IMG/VR virus record: IMGVR_UViG_3300042309_002031
Coordinates: 1 to 55,640 of that record
Direction: 5' to 3' (one strand)
Origin: a virus
Lineage: Duplodnaviria > Caudoviricetes
Length of the DNA stretch: 55,640 bases
The notes under the pieces were generated by a model, which saw only the letters and a program-made list of their open reading frames with translations, did not search any database and was not told the DNA's origin. Below, one piece after another: positions 27,701-35,739 of the stretch. The position numbers and the translations under genes are program-made. Each line of letters begins with the position of its first letter. The stretch's first letter is position 1.

Positions 27701-30700
27701 GAGTATAGCTCCTGCAAAGTGTCCTATCGCATGACCAATTGGCTTGATTATCTTGTAAAACTGTTCGAAGCCTTCAGTCATGCTTTTTGCTTCCTTGAAT
27801 CCAAACAAGCCAGCGAAAGTCTTCCATAAATCACCCAGAGCGCTGCCGAGAGCCGCAAACGAATTTGCAAGAGGTTTCAACCAAGGTTCAAATCCTTTTT
27901 TAATTGCATCTCCAAATAATATAATTCCATACACTAACATACTTATGAATTCCGCCAGTGGCTGTTTGAGCCCCGTCAGCGTCAATAATCCAAAAAGCAA
28001 ACCATCAATTATTCCCGCTAATCCTCCGCCGACAGCAGAACTTATCTTCATTGATGTTGTTAATTCATTCACTCCATCTATGTTACTTTTTATCACCCCG
28101 GCAAAAACATCACCGGCCTTGTTCCATCCTTCATAAGCCCCCATCGCTCCATCTATTGCTGCAAATATTATGTTGAGCCATCCGCCCGTCAAGGCTCCGC
28201 CAATTCCTCTCAATCCAGTTCCTATTCCTCTGCCCATCATGCGGAATACATTAGATATTTTTTTCATATCAATAGCCGCATCTAAGCCTTTTCCTATTCC
28301 TGATATTGCTGATGTTATTTTCTTGACGTTGAATATCTTCTTCCAAGTTTCAAATTTGAATAGACTTTTTGCGGCATCAAAAATAATTGTGCCCGCCTTT
28401 GTCCAATTTTTTAAGTTGAACAATGCCTTGAATGCATCTTTTATGCCATGACCCGCACGATATGCACTTGCTGAAAATATAAGTATAGAATTTTTTAGAT
28501 ATCGGGATATTATAGACATGTAAGTTTTGAACATGTCGCCAAAATGCAATAAATTAACGCGAGTTCCGAATATGAAATCTTTGATAGATTTCGAAACTCT
28601 TCCGCTTGTTTTTCTAAAAAGATCGTTCAAATGTTTGAAGTTAACCTTAATCCTAAAAATTGTATCTTTTATTGATCTTGAAACTTTTTCTTTTCTAAAA
28701 ATATCGCCCAAATGTTTGAAGTTAACCTTAATTCTAAAAATTGCATCTTTTATTGATCTTGAAATTTTTCCGAACGCCTCCCCAATTTTTCTTTGTATGT
28801 TTTCAAATTTAATGCCCTCAATCATATCCGCTGTTTTTCCAAAGAAACTCTGGACGGCATCCCCGGACTTTAACAACCAATTTCTAATTGGCTCGTAAAG
28901 AAATTTATCTAGTTGCTTCGGCACATACTGGAGTTTTGCTTGCCTAGTTTTTCTAGCGGCCTCGCCCATGCCGCCGCTCATGTTGGCAAATGGATTAGTC
29001 GCCTTTCCGGCTCTCGCCACACCCGCTCCCGTACCTGCTGCCGCCGCGGGCGCTGCCATTCCTCCCAAACCCGCAAGCCATGCGCCTACTCCCTTGATCG
29101 GGCGGCCCAATGTCGCCCACAACGCGGCACTGTTGAGGGCGACTTGCATCGCGAGCAGACCCATGCCTCCGAGCAAGGCCATCGAGGAGGTGACATACCC
29201 AGAAATGAATTTTCTTACATTCTCATTGAATTGCAATATTGAAAGGTTAAGCTTTTTCTGAGGATCAGTATCGGCTTCTGTTTGTATTGCAAGTTCCTTC
29301 TGATCCTTGTCGAACTTGTCGTACATCTCATTGAAGGTCTTTGTATCTCCCGTCTTTAAGGCCTTGAGCATTCCACTGTAATCTCCGACATCCATTCCTT
29401 TTTCTTTCTGAGCTTTCATTAAATTTTCAACACTAGCAGTCATGCTGTTTTCGAAGAACTTCTGCTCTCCCATACCCGAAACTTGAGCAGCCATCTGCTC
29501 CTTGGTTCCACTAAGCCCAAACTTCTTCGCCATCTCCGCAGACCCGGAGGCCATGTTGATCATGGCGGCAGACATGTCTTGTTTGCTGTTTTTGAAATCG
29601 TCACTCTCATATAGTTGCTTGGCGGCATCTTGGAGACCCATATCCCCAGAAGTTTTTTCGCGCAGCGCAGAAAGGGCATTTTGCCCCGCGCCCATTATCG
29701 CTTGATCTTTTTGCTGTAATGCTTGTTTCTTTTCCTCCTCGGTTCCGAACTTTGAATTGGCTCTCTGATCTAAATCATCTAAGGTTCCGCTCAGACCCTT
29801 ACTTGCCTTTTCGTGCGTGGATATTAGATTTTCTAATCCTGCTATGCTCGTGCCTCTAGCTCTGGCGAACACGGCCAAGGATCTCCTTTCCTCCTTGGAC
29901 ATTGTCTTAAAATCAAAATCTTTTGTGTCTTTGCCAACAACACTAGCCACCATTTCTTTCATTTTTTCAGCTATGTCGCCTTGGTCTTGTCTAGTTTTGC
30001 CGAACTCTCCGAAAAGAAGCCTTTGTGAAGCGTCGCCACCAATTCTGTTCGCGACATCGTATAGCGTAGACCTTGTTCCAGCGTCTGCATTCTGAAGGGC
30101 TTCATAGCTAGACATCGCTTCTGTGAATTTAATATTTTCTTCAAACCCTGTCTTCTTAAATTCTGCGACCATTTGAACGGCACTTCTTGCGGCGTCGGAG
30201 GTCAGCGTTCCTTGATTCCTCATATTTTTGAGGATTCCTTCAGAAGACTTCATTGCTCCAAGAAGTTCGTCTCCCGTCACTCCCGTGGAAAGAGCGACAT
30301 CTCTCATGCTCCTTGAGAGATCGCTCATCTGGTTTGCGCTCATACCGAGAGTTCTATGCCAATCTCCGAATAAATCGGCTGTCTGTTGGGTCTCGGATCC
30401 GATCATCGTGGATAAATGCAAGCCAGACTTCAGAACCTTAAGGCCGTCCTTCTGATTCTTGAATCCCTTCTTGAAATTAGATATGGCGGCTTTATTGAGA
30501 GCATCCACAGACTTTCCGGTCTCGCTCACCACCGAACTGCCAAGGTTGGCGAATTCTCTCTGCATGTCTTTGAAATCGCCAGTCACACCTTGGGTTTGGA
30601 ACGCTATCTCTCTCATCTCTTGTCCGAACTCTGTTGCGTCGGAAACCGATCCGGCAAAAATTTGTTGCATGATGTTGCCTTCGCCGCCGGATATCATGTT

Positions 30701-31345
30701 GCTAACGCCCATCGCAAACTTAGCCGACTTTGTGCCGAAATCGTCCCAGAAGCCTTTATTTACATATTTGGCCATGTCCTTGCCGTACTTATCGTAATTT
30801 CTTGGCGGTTCTAGCGGATCCGGGTCATCACCACCACGACCACCACCACCACCACGACCACCACGACCACCACGACCACCACGACCACCATCACCGCCAT
30901 CACTTTTCGGAGACAATGCTGCGGCGGCGTTCCTTTCGCGTTTGCTTTCTGGACTTATTGATGCGGTTCCGACTGCCAATCCTTTGAGATGTCTTGCTTG
31001 TTGTCTATTGGCGCCTAATATCTTACTAAGCAAATTGATCATGCCTTTATCTGTGCCTTCGGACCGCTCTGCCTTCCTAGAAGCAGCCGCTGGCTTCGTA
31101 GTCTTTTGCTTTTCAAGAGTCTCGCCAACCTCTTTAAGTTTGGTGACTAGATCCTTGAATTGGTCGGTGCTTTGCTCTATGTTCTCGCCAAGATCTTTAA
31201 ATGCTTGAACAACTTCTGGATCCAGACCCCCAGCCACCTTAGAAAAGTTGTCAACTACCACTTGCGTTGCAGACAATAAGGCAGCCTTCAAACTTTCGAA
31301 GGCGGCATCCATTTCTTTTATTTTTCCTAACGAGTCTTCCATCAC
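24746..31345 (-). CDS. Tail tape measure protein
   Basis: 2199 aa, helical and Ala/Gly-rich, with periodic W/F and hydrophobic stretches; upstream of baseplate genes. Confidence 0.85.
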   Translation of the reverse strand: MMEDSLGKIKEMDAAFESLKAALLSATQVVVDNFSKVAGGLDPEVVQAFKDLGENIEQSTDQFKDLVTKLKEVGETLEKQKTTKPAAASRKAERSEGTDKGMINLLSKILGANRQQARHLKGLAVGTASISPESKRERNAAAALSPKSDGGDGGRGGRGGRGGRGGGGGRGGDDPDPLEPPRNYDKYGKDMAKYVNKGFWDDFGTKSAKFAMGVSNMISGGEGNIMQQIFAGSVSDATEFGQEMREIAFQTQGVTGDFKDMQREFANLGSSVVSETGKSVDALNKAAISNFKKGFKNQKDGLKVLKSGLHLSTMIGSETQQTADLFGDWHRTLGMSANQMSDLSRSMRDVALSTGVTGDELLGAMKSSEGILKNMRNQGTLTSDAARSAVQMVAEFKKTGFEENIKFTEAMSSYEALQNADAGTRSTLYDVANRIGGDASQRLLFGEFGKTRQDQGDIAEKMKEMVASVVGKDTKDFDFKTMSKEERRSLAVFARARGTSIAGLENLISTHEKASKGLSGTLDDLDQRANSKFGTEEEKKQALQQKDQAIMGAGQNALSALREKTSGDMGLQDAAKQLYESDDFKNSKQDMSAAMINMASGSAEMAKKFGLSGTKEQMAAQVSGMGEQKFFENSMTASVENLMKAQKEKGMDVGDYSGMLKALKTGDTKTFNEMYDKFDKDQKELAIQTEADTDPQKKLNLSILQFNENVRKFISGYVTSSMALLGGMGLLAMQVALNSAALWATLGRPIKGVGAWLAGLGGMAAPAAAAGTGAGVARAGKATNPFANMSGGMGEAARKTRQAKLQYVPKQLDKFLYEPIRNWLLKSGDAVQSFFGKTADMIEGIKFENIQRKIGEAFGKISRSIKDAIFRIKVNFKHLGDIFRKEKVSRSIKDTIFRIKVNFKHLNDLFRKTSGRVSKSIKDFIFGTRVNLLHFGDMFKTYMSIISRYLKNSILIFSASAYRAGHGIKDAFKALFNLKNWTKAGTIIFDAAKSLFKFETWKKIFNVKKITSAISGIGKGLDAAIDMKKISNVFRMMGRGIGTGLRGIGGALTGGWLNIIFAAIDGAMGAYEGWNKAGDVFAGVIKSNIDGVNELTTSMKISSAVGGGLAGIIDGLLFGLLTLTGLKQPLAEFISMLVYGIILFGDAIKKGFEPWLKPLANSFAALGSALGDLWKTFAGLFGFKEAKSMTEGFEQFYKIIKPIGHAIGHFAGAILNGLVFGLIVVVKMIENFIWAIGKIGQALWQIGKVTGISSLISGFVSLVVGSFKFIYNTVSSIVTEVADWFDWLGSYLVWNSVIPDLCLAIGAFFAKMALKVLSTIGSFAFNLIKFFAMLPFRILGFFLKLPLRMAKGLFNAFVKSPIKMLGRFIKGAGKIWQKLSPYADDFFSMFKKNLYDYVMIATRSWKGLLDYISFGWFSKILGWFKGFGKWIDDYMWQPLKSLGGKVLKWADDYIVTPLRALGSKIAQLADDWLVKPISNAIQTISQKFSDYLFTPITNFMRRIGMLKDTAKTAGKVAAAGAKPATSAADDAAKAAGKAAQRGGWLRRMFGQTDDAAKAANPFAKMGGGMGKAARATSKAAASSADDAAKVVLSSADDIAKAAPKALGFLGKASKFVGVAAKKLPVIGPAIDFGVRYLIGGESVGKAATGAAGGLAGGLAGAAAGASTGAVVGAALAPFTAGLSLAIGPAVGGFVGGIAGSLGGGWLADSIYDNFGGALETVGSGLKSTFVDFPMWVGGKVKDGFNTVGSWIGEKAYGAYEAAGGAVDWALQKSKDLSDYMGKMLDPSAWGAWLGGLYDGMKSSLGGIWNWMKSWIPGLGAVEEAASGFKETAAEQAKTMGEKGPSSAHAAGSLYGAGANLMQGNVWEAGSKAGMAIQETGMAAVENAKIVGGAVQQGLSSAWSGLKSMFGYGEQQVEQGKAMEKTMEMGQNPGSIYVHDTHTEKVLEGVLSDLNNLKKLADPAKHIAFGSKLIEQNKEEALKTNDLIAQSNAAISPVLPTPTDASAWEPIKSVERNPEFIKAMSNLEADILNAGGGDLIPSASSASGLEDFLKKTQVGLEGKAAALTTPVGHHAVPMLRPEGESDVGAVQPMHLRDITESILRDKTSAQAGTNKLQSDELSRIEEASNQQVDELIRVRESIDKLVDLMRPKGSVLEGGGGSGPGSTRDPKTPVHAALFGNSRYGRVGDSENRSLVNPGK
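28528..28764 (-). repeat. 81-bp (27-aa) tandem repeat in tape measure gene: two close copies and one degenerate
   Basis: SRSIKDAIFRIKVNFKHLGDIFRK / SRSIKDTIFRIKVNFKHLNDLFRK / SKSIKDFIFGTRVNLLHFGDMFK. Confidence 0.9.
30826..30900 (-). repeat. 9-bp coding repeat (GGR)n in tape measure N-terminal region
   Basis: CCACGACCA units encoding GGDGGRGGRGGRGGRGGGGGRGGDD. Confidence 0.85.
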
Positions 31346-31887
31346 TCTCCAGAGTTAATTTGACCCTGTTGGGGCTGATTTAAAGTAGTCATTTGGCTGG
31401 CTTTTGGATTTATTTGTTGTCTTATCTGCTCTTGCACTTGTCTTCTTATGATCTGAACCTCGGCGGGATCGTACGATCTCACTGCCGACATGATTCTCAA
31501 AAGGAAATTGCTGTCGAGAACCTTCATCTGGCGCACACCAATTCTCTTGTAGGAACGGTAGGCCGCCTTGAAGTTCTCGTCGTCGGAAACGGACTTGTAA
31601 GAAAAGCCCATTTTGCTTGTTCTTGCAATCAATTCTCTTATAGAAGGGAAGGTTAGTCTGTGGAGATTGATGCCGGATAATTTGTCCGAGGCTGGATCGT
31701 TATCGATTATTATTATTAGTGGATAGGGATCGTGCTTCCAAAATGTGTAGTTAAAACTGACGAGGCTGCCCTTGACCGCCACGAAGTTCCCCTTCATTCT
31801 TCGGTTGGGGTTGGCGGCAACGTCTTGACCCACCGGGGCGAAGAACTGCTCAAGTAAACTTTGTCTATTACGGGGTTGAAGCGCCAT
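31342..31887 (-). CDS. Putative DNA end protector, T4 gp2-like
   Basis: F.Y..HDPYPLIII...GINLH.L...YRSY resembles the gp2 D.FPL..GLNLHY..Y motifs. Confidence 0.5.
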   Translation of the reverse strand: MALQPRNRQSLLEQFFAPVGQDVAANPNRRMKGNFVAVKGSLVSFNYTFWKHDPYPLIIIIDNDPASDKLSGINLHRLTFPSIRELIARTSKMGFSYKSVSDDENFKAAYRSYKRIGVRQMKVLDSNFLLRIMSAVRSYDPAEVQIIRRQVQEQIRQQINPKASQMTTLNQPQQGQINSGE

Positions 31888-31927
31888 TGTTAGCCTACGG
31901 GTAAGCCCGGGTGGAGGTGGGACTACG

Positions 31928-31933
31928 TATATA
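31928..31933. promoter_or_regulatory. TATATA box heading the gp2-like/tape measure operon
   Basis: Intergenic, CCTATATACG on minus strand, 40 nt upstream of ATG 31887. Confidence 0.5.
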
Positions 31934-31960
31934 GGATTTTTGGCGGAAAATTTGATCGAA

Positions 31961-32428
31961 TTACATTGTGTTTGAAAGGTCTCCGGCGCTTCCGTTAACC
32001 ATTATCTTACTCTGCGGGTCGCCCGGGGTTGAATTTAACTCCTCTTGAGCCTCAGAACTTTTCTTGAAGAAGTTCTTGAACTCGTCCACGACCGCCTCCT
32101 TAATCTTCTCGGCAGCCTTTTCTCCCGACATGTCCGATATGAGGTCGGAAAAAATATCCTCTAGATCGAGCGAATAGGCTTGGCCATAGGGCTCGGTGGA
32201 ACTTTCGTTCTGTATCCTGTAAGCGAGGTTGGATCCGACCTTGTATATGCGCACGCCCTCGAAATTCAGTCCTTCTTGAGGACTTGAGAGGAAAATATAA
32301 GGACTATCGCTCTTGAGGAAGTCCTCTACTTTGAGTCCGCCATCCTTGAGTATGTCGCGTATTATCTCCAACTCCTCTCTGGCCCTCGCGTTTTTCTTGT
32401 CTATGAAGCTTGAAAATCTCATTTTCAC
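31961..32428 (-). CDS. Hypothetical protein with CTS-like N-terminus
   Basis: MRFSSFIDKKN; GTGA overlap with upstream gene. Confidence 0.7.
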   Translation of the reverse strand: MKMRFSSFIDKKNARAREELEIIRDILKDGGLKVEDFLKSDSPYIFLSSPQEGLNFEGVRIYKVGSNLAYRIQNESSTEPYGQAYSLDLEDIFSDLISDMSGEKAAEKIKEAVVDEFKNFFKKSSEAQEELNSTPGDPQSKIMVNGSAGDLSNTM

Positions 32429-32913
32429 CTTGTGCTGTTGTAAAGGCTGGTCATCGTCTGTTTTTGATCTTCGCTGTTTTTCTTGTCATTCATGTACTTT
32501 GCGTAGGCTTGTTCTCTTTCCGAGAACTTTGGTGGATTAGGGCGCTTCCACTTGTAATGATCGCCCATTTTCACGTACCACATCGGAGGGGTTATCTGTT
32601 TACCCATATTGAAGGCTATCTGCCTATCCTTTAAGAATTCGCCAACCTTCTTCAACTGATAGTAGTACAAGTCGTAGTCTGAAATGTGATAGTCGGGACG
32701 CGGACCTATTCGGCTGTCAAATGGGATGTCGCTGAACTCACCTTGGGCATCCATAACCGGGGCTTGAGGCATTGCAGCCCCGACCTCTGACGGCCTCCCC
32801 AATAGTCCCGCCGCCGCCACCATAGGCATCACTGCTCTCTGCAATGACTTGGGGATCTTGACCTCGTCTAGCATTTCGGGGTGATTTTTCGCGAGATATT
32901 CTTCAAATTTCAT
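32425..32913 (-). CDS. Putative internal virion protein (CTS-like N-terminus plus hydrophobic segment)
   Basis: MKFEEYLAKNHPEMLDE then AVMPMVAAAGLLG. Confidence 0.65.
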   Translation of the reverse strand: MKFEEYLAKNHPEMLDEVKIPKSLQRAVMPMVAAAGLLGRPSEVGAAMPQAPVMDAQGEFSDIPFDSRIGPRPDYHISDYDLYYYQLKKVGEFLKDRQIAFNMGKQITPPMWYVKMGDHYKWKRPNPPKFSEREQAYAKYMNDKKNSEDQKQTMTSLYNSTR

Positions 32914-32914
32914 T

Positions 32915-34189
32915 TCAGCACTGCCTCATGAGTAAGTCGTGGACGCTGTATACGCATCTCTTGAGTACCTTCAAGTCGCTCGGATTGCCGGGATAAGCAA
33001 ATTCCTTGAACTCGGTTCCTTGCATCGCCTCCGCCGCCTCCTTGATTGTTGACAGCCCGGCCGTGAGGAACAACATTCCGTTCCTTTTTTCCATGAACTC
33101 TATCTCGTCAAGTTCTGGATTGCCGTACTCGTCTTGACCTCCGGTTTCCTTCACGAAGTAGATTTTAAGGTCTATCATCGGCACTATTTGTCCGTCGTCG
33201 GTTATCATCGCCTCCGAGTTCTCGGATTTGACAGTTTTGACGAGCACTTTGCCTTCCGTATAGGCGCCTCTCAAGGCGTTGGACATGTCCCATCCGAGGT
33301 AGTAGATCGTTCCGTTGTCGTCCACGACGTTTATGATGAATGCTTGCTCGTCGAACTGTTTCGCGATCGATTCGACGACGATCCTTCTCCTAAGCACGTC
33401 TCGTTCTTCGGGGCTTCCCTCAGAAAGTCTCTTGAGCTCGGGCTCTGACAGATACCTCTCGGGATCGTCCTCCCTCAAACTCCAACTCCCAAGGGCGACC
33501 TCTCCCCATTCTGAGTTGAGCCTCGTGGACATCTTGATCGAGTATTCCTTGTCGTTGAATATGATATTTTCCTTGTCGGGGCTGCTACTGACTTGGACCG
33601 AACCCGTCAGCGCCGCGAGGAACTTCCTGTGTATCTCGCCTTTGTTCCCGCTGTATCCCATCATCCTGATAAAAGCCTCGTTTAGTCCAGGAACCGGCTC
33701 CAGTCCTTGAAAGACATGGTTGACGACGCTCGTAGCGGGATTGTTCTTGTCAAGCTGATCCTTGATGCTCTTCCTTATGTTCTTTGAGGCGCTCGCGACA
33801 TTGGCGTTGGCCCTCAAGAGTTGCACGTTCCAGTTGTCATCCACGAACTTCCTCTGGTACGGCTCCATCTCGTCCTTTTCCCTCATTGGAGATAACATTT
33901 CCATCAACTTGGCCGCATCGCCCTTGGTGCTTTCCTTGAAATAATTTGACTTCCACACCTCAAAATCCACATTGTCATCAGACTCCTCGGGCATGTCAGG
34001 AGCCTCGGGATCTTGCGAGACGTCGTCTTGGGCTTGGTCTTGGGCCGTAACATCTTCGCCCGGAGATTGTTGTCCGTCCGGCTCCATCTGTCCTCCGTCC
34101 ATTTCCGGGCCCGCTTGTGCGACGGCAGCAACCGGATCTACTTGTTCCGGACTCTCGGCCTCTAGCCAAAATTCAAGATTGTGGTTCAT
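32915..34189 (-). CDS. Hypothetical acidic protein (424 aa; start moved to ATG 34189)
   Basis: AAGGA SD and ATGA overlap with upstream stop; MNHNLEFWLEAE then an acidic, Gln/Pro-rich region. Confidence 0.75.
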   Translation of the reverse strand: MNHNLEFWLEAESPEQVDPVAAVAQAGPEMDGGQMEPDGQQSPGEDVTAQDQAQDDVSQDPEAPDMPEESDDNVDFEVWKSNYFKESTKGDAAKLMEMLSPMREKDEMEPYQRKFVDDNWNVQLLRANANVASASKNIRKSIKDQLDKNNPATSVVNHVFQGLEPVPGLNEAFIRMMGYSGNKGEIHRKFLAALTGSVQVSSSPDKENIIFNDKEYSIKMSTRLNSEWGEVALGSWSLREDDPERYLSEPELKRLSEGSPEERDVLRRRIVVESIAKQFDEQAFIINVVDDNGTIYYLGWDMSNALRGAYTEGKVLVKTVKSENSEAMITDDGQIVPMIDLKIYFVKETGGQDEYGNPELDEIEFMEKRNGMLFLTAGLSTIKEAAEAMQGTEFKEFAYPGNPSDLKVLKRCVYSVHDLLMRQC

Positions 34190-34635
34190 GTTTCCTTCTT
34201 CTCCCTCTGAATCTTTTCCATCAGTGACTTTCTGTTGATCCCGCTGGAGTCGTATATATTGATCGTATTTCCGCCTTTTTCTTTGCCCTTCCCCATCCAT
34301 GGTTGGAAGGTGTCAGGCTGCTTCAGTTTGACCCTCGTCATCAAGTCGGCTATCTTCGCCATCCTGTCGCTTGTCTCTATCTTCGTCTTTAGAAGATTAA
34401 CAAGCGCCTCCTTGCTGGCAGTGGACGAGTCTCCGTCGTTGAGGACCATGTTAGAAAAAGTGTCGACAAGTCCCGAAACTTGATTTCTGTCGTCGCGCAA
34501 ATTGTCCATTATCTCGCCGTAAACACCCAGAAGAGACTCGTCGCTAATAATAGACAGTTCTTGGGCTTGAGGCCTCGCGGCTGCGACCTCTTCCGCCCCG
34601 ATGACCTCTCCTCCCAACTCTAGTTCTTTATCCAT
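34186..34635 (-). CDS. Hypothetical protein
   Basis: 149 aa; TATATA box 6 nt before ATG, no SD. Confidence 0.7.
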   Translation of the reverse strand: MDKELELGGEVIGAEEVAAARPQAQELSIISDESLLGVYGEIMDNLRDDRNQVSGLVDTFSNMVLNDGDSSTASKEALVNLLKTKIETSDRMAKIADLMTRVKLKQPDTFQPWMGKGKEKGGNTINIYDSSGINRKSLMEKIQREKKET

Positions 34636-34641
34636 ACCAAC

Positions 34642-34647
34642 TATATA
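34642..34647. promoter_or_regulatory. TATATA box between divergent operons
   Basis: CTATATAG is a perfect palindrome, between 34635(-) and 34679(+). Confidence 0.5.
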
Positions 34648-34678
34648 GAATGACTTCTTACAATTGTCAAAGGCACTT

Positions 34679-35026
34679 ATGGACGAAGACCGCCCAGATT
34701 ATTCCTCGCTTCAAGAGTCAATTAATAAAGTAATAGACAAGGCAAAGTCAATCACAAAGAGAATCTCCGAAATGGAGAGGGAAATTGATGACTTGATTCG
34801 GTCAAAACACGATCTGGAGGCGAGGGTGAGAACCTTGGAGTCAGAAGACATTGAGGTCGTAAAAAAACAGTTGTATGAGATAGATAGTAAAGTCCGATCT
34901 TTCGAGTCGGATCACGACAAGAGAAGGCAGAGTTGGAACATGGTTCTCAACTTCTTCGTACAGTTGTTATGGGTTTCAATGGCCGCATGGCTACTAACAA
35001 AATTAGGACTACAAGGCCCTTTATGA
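34679..35026 (+). CDS. Coiled-coil protein with C-terminal membrane anchor
   Basis: Heptad region followed by WNMVLNFFVQLLWVSMAAWLL. Confidence 0.7.
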   Translation: MDEDRPDYSSLQESINKVIDKAKSITKRISEMEREIDDLIRSKHDLEARVRTLESEDIEVVKKQLYEIDSKVRSFESDHDKRRQSWNMVLNFFVQLLWVSMAAWLLTKLGLQGPL

Positions 35027-35724
35027 ACTTCAAAGAATGGCTCTTATCTGAAATCGCGCAGAGAACAAAACTTTCTTCGGACACTGTTTCCGACAAAGCA
35101 ACTGCCTATGGGATTCCATTCGGAGGCGACAGAACTCCGGGTTTGGTCCAAGCGGCGGCCGGCGGTTTGGCAGGCGGTATAGGCCTTGGTGCTCGTAGAG
35201 CCTACGAACGTTCCGGAGGAGTTACAAGAGCAACTCCGCAAACAGCTGATCTTCCTTCACTGCCAAACAAAAAGGTTTCTGACGGTATTTCCTTGCCGCT
35301 ACAGTTGCCGGCCTTGCCCACGGATGAAAGTCCTTCGGGTAGACGCCAAGGCAATCCTCTATACAACATCACTTCCGCTTCGTGGAATGCTGTCAATAAT
35401 TTGACACACGACCCAGAAAATGATCCAAGAGTAAGAAAGGTTGGAGAATCCTTTAGAGAGGGAGATGGAAAATTCATCCCTCCGGCCTCTGGGAACCAAC
35501 AAGAACTAAACTTTGCAATATCTTTCACAAAGACCTTGATCCACATCATGACGGTTCAAAAGATGAATGATATTGACCCCGAGGTACTCAAGAAGTACGA
35601 CTTCGTAAATGCCCACACAGAAATGGAGCATGTCGATAAAGACAATGTTCTGACTTGTGTATTCTCTTTCAAGAAAAGAGACAACGTTCCGGACGGCATC
35701 AAGAGACAAAACGAACAAGATTGA
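35023..35724 (+). CDS. Putative internal virion protein (start moved to ATG 35023)
   Basis: ATGA overlap; MNFKEWLLSE N-terminus; Gly/Ala hydrophobic segment. Confidence 0.7.
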   Translation: MNFKEWLLSEIAQRTKLSSDTVSDKATAYGIPFGGDRTPGLVQAAAGGLAGGIGLGARRAYERSGGVTRATPQTADLPSLPNKKVSDGISLPLQLPALPTDESPSGRRQGNPLYNITSASWNAVNNLTHDPENDPRVRKVGESFREGDGKFIPPASGNQQELNFAISFTKTLIHIMTVQKMNDIDPEVLKKYDFVNAHTEMEHVDKDNVLTCVFSFKKRDNVPDGIKRQNEQD

Positions 35725-35739
35725 GGAGAAGGAAGAAAC

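Noticed and set aside
30730-30987. His-rich ORF (HHHHDHHH) as a metal-binding protein
   Set aside because: Antisense frame of the GGR repeat in the tape measure gene
14116-31345. Bacterial extracellular contractile injection system or T6SS locus
   Set aside because: Very long tape measure, gp2-like gene, phage-type promoters and a phage accessory region; no host housekeeping genes or T6SS membrane complex
31888-31960. Structured RNA in the leader of the gp2-like gene
   Set aside because: Only a 4-bp CGGG/CCCG stem is evident; too weak without covariation data
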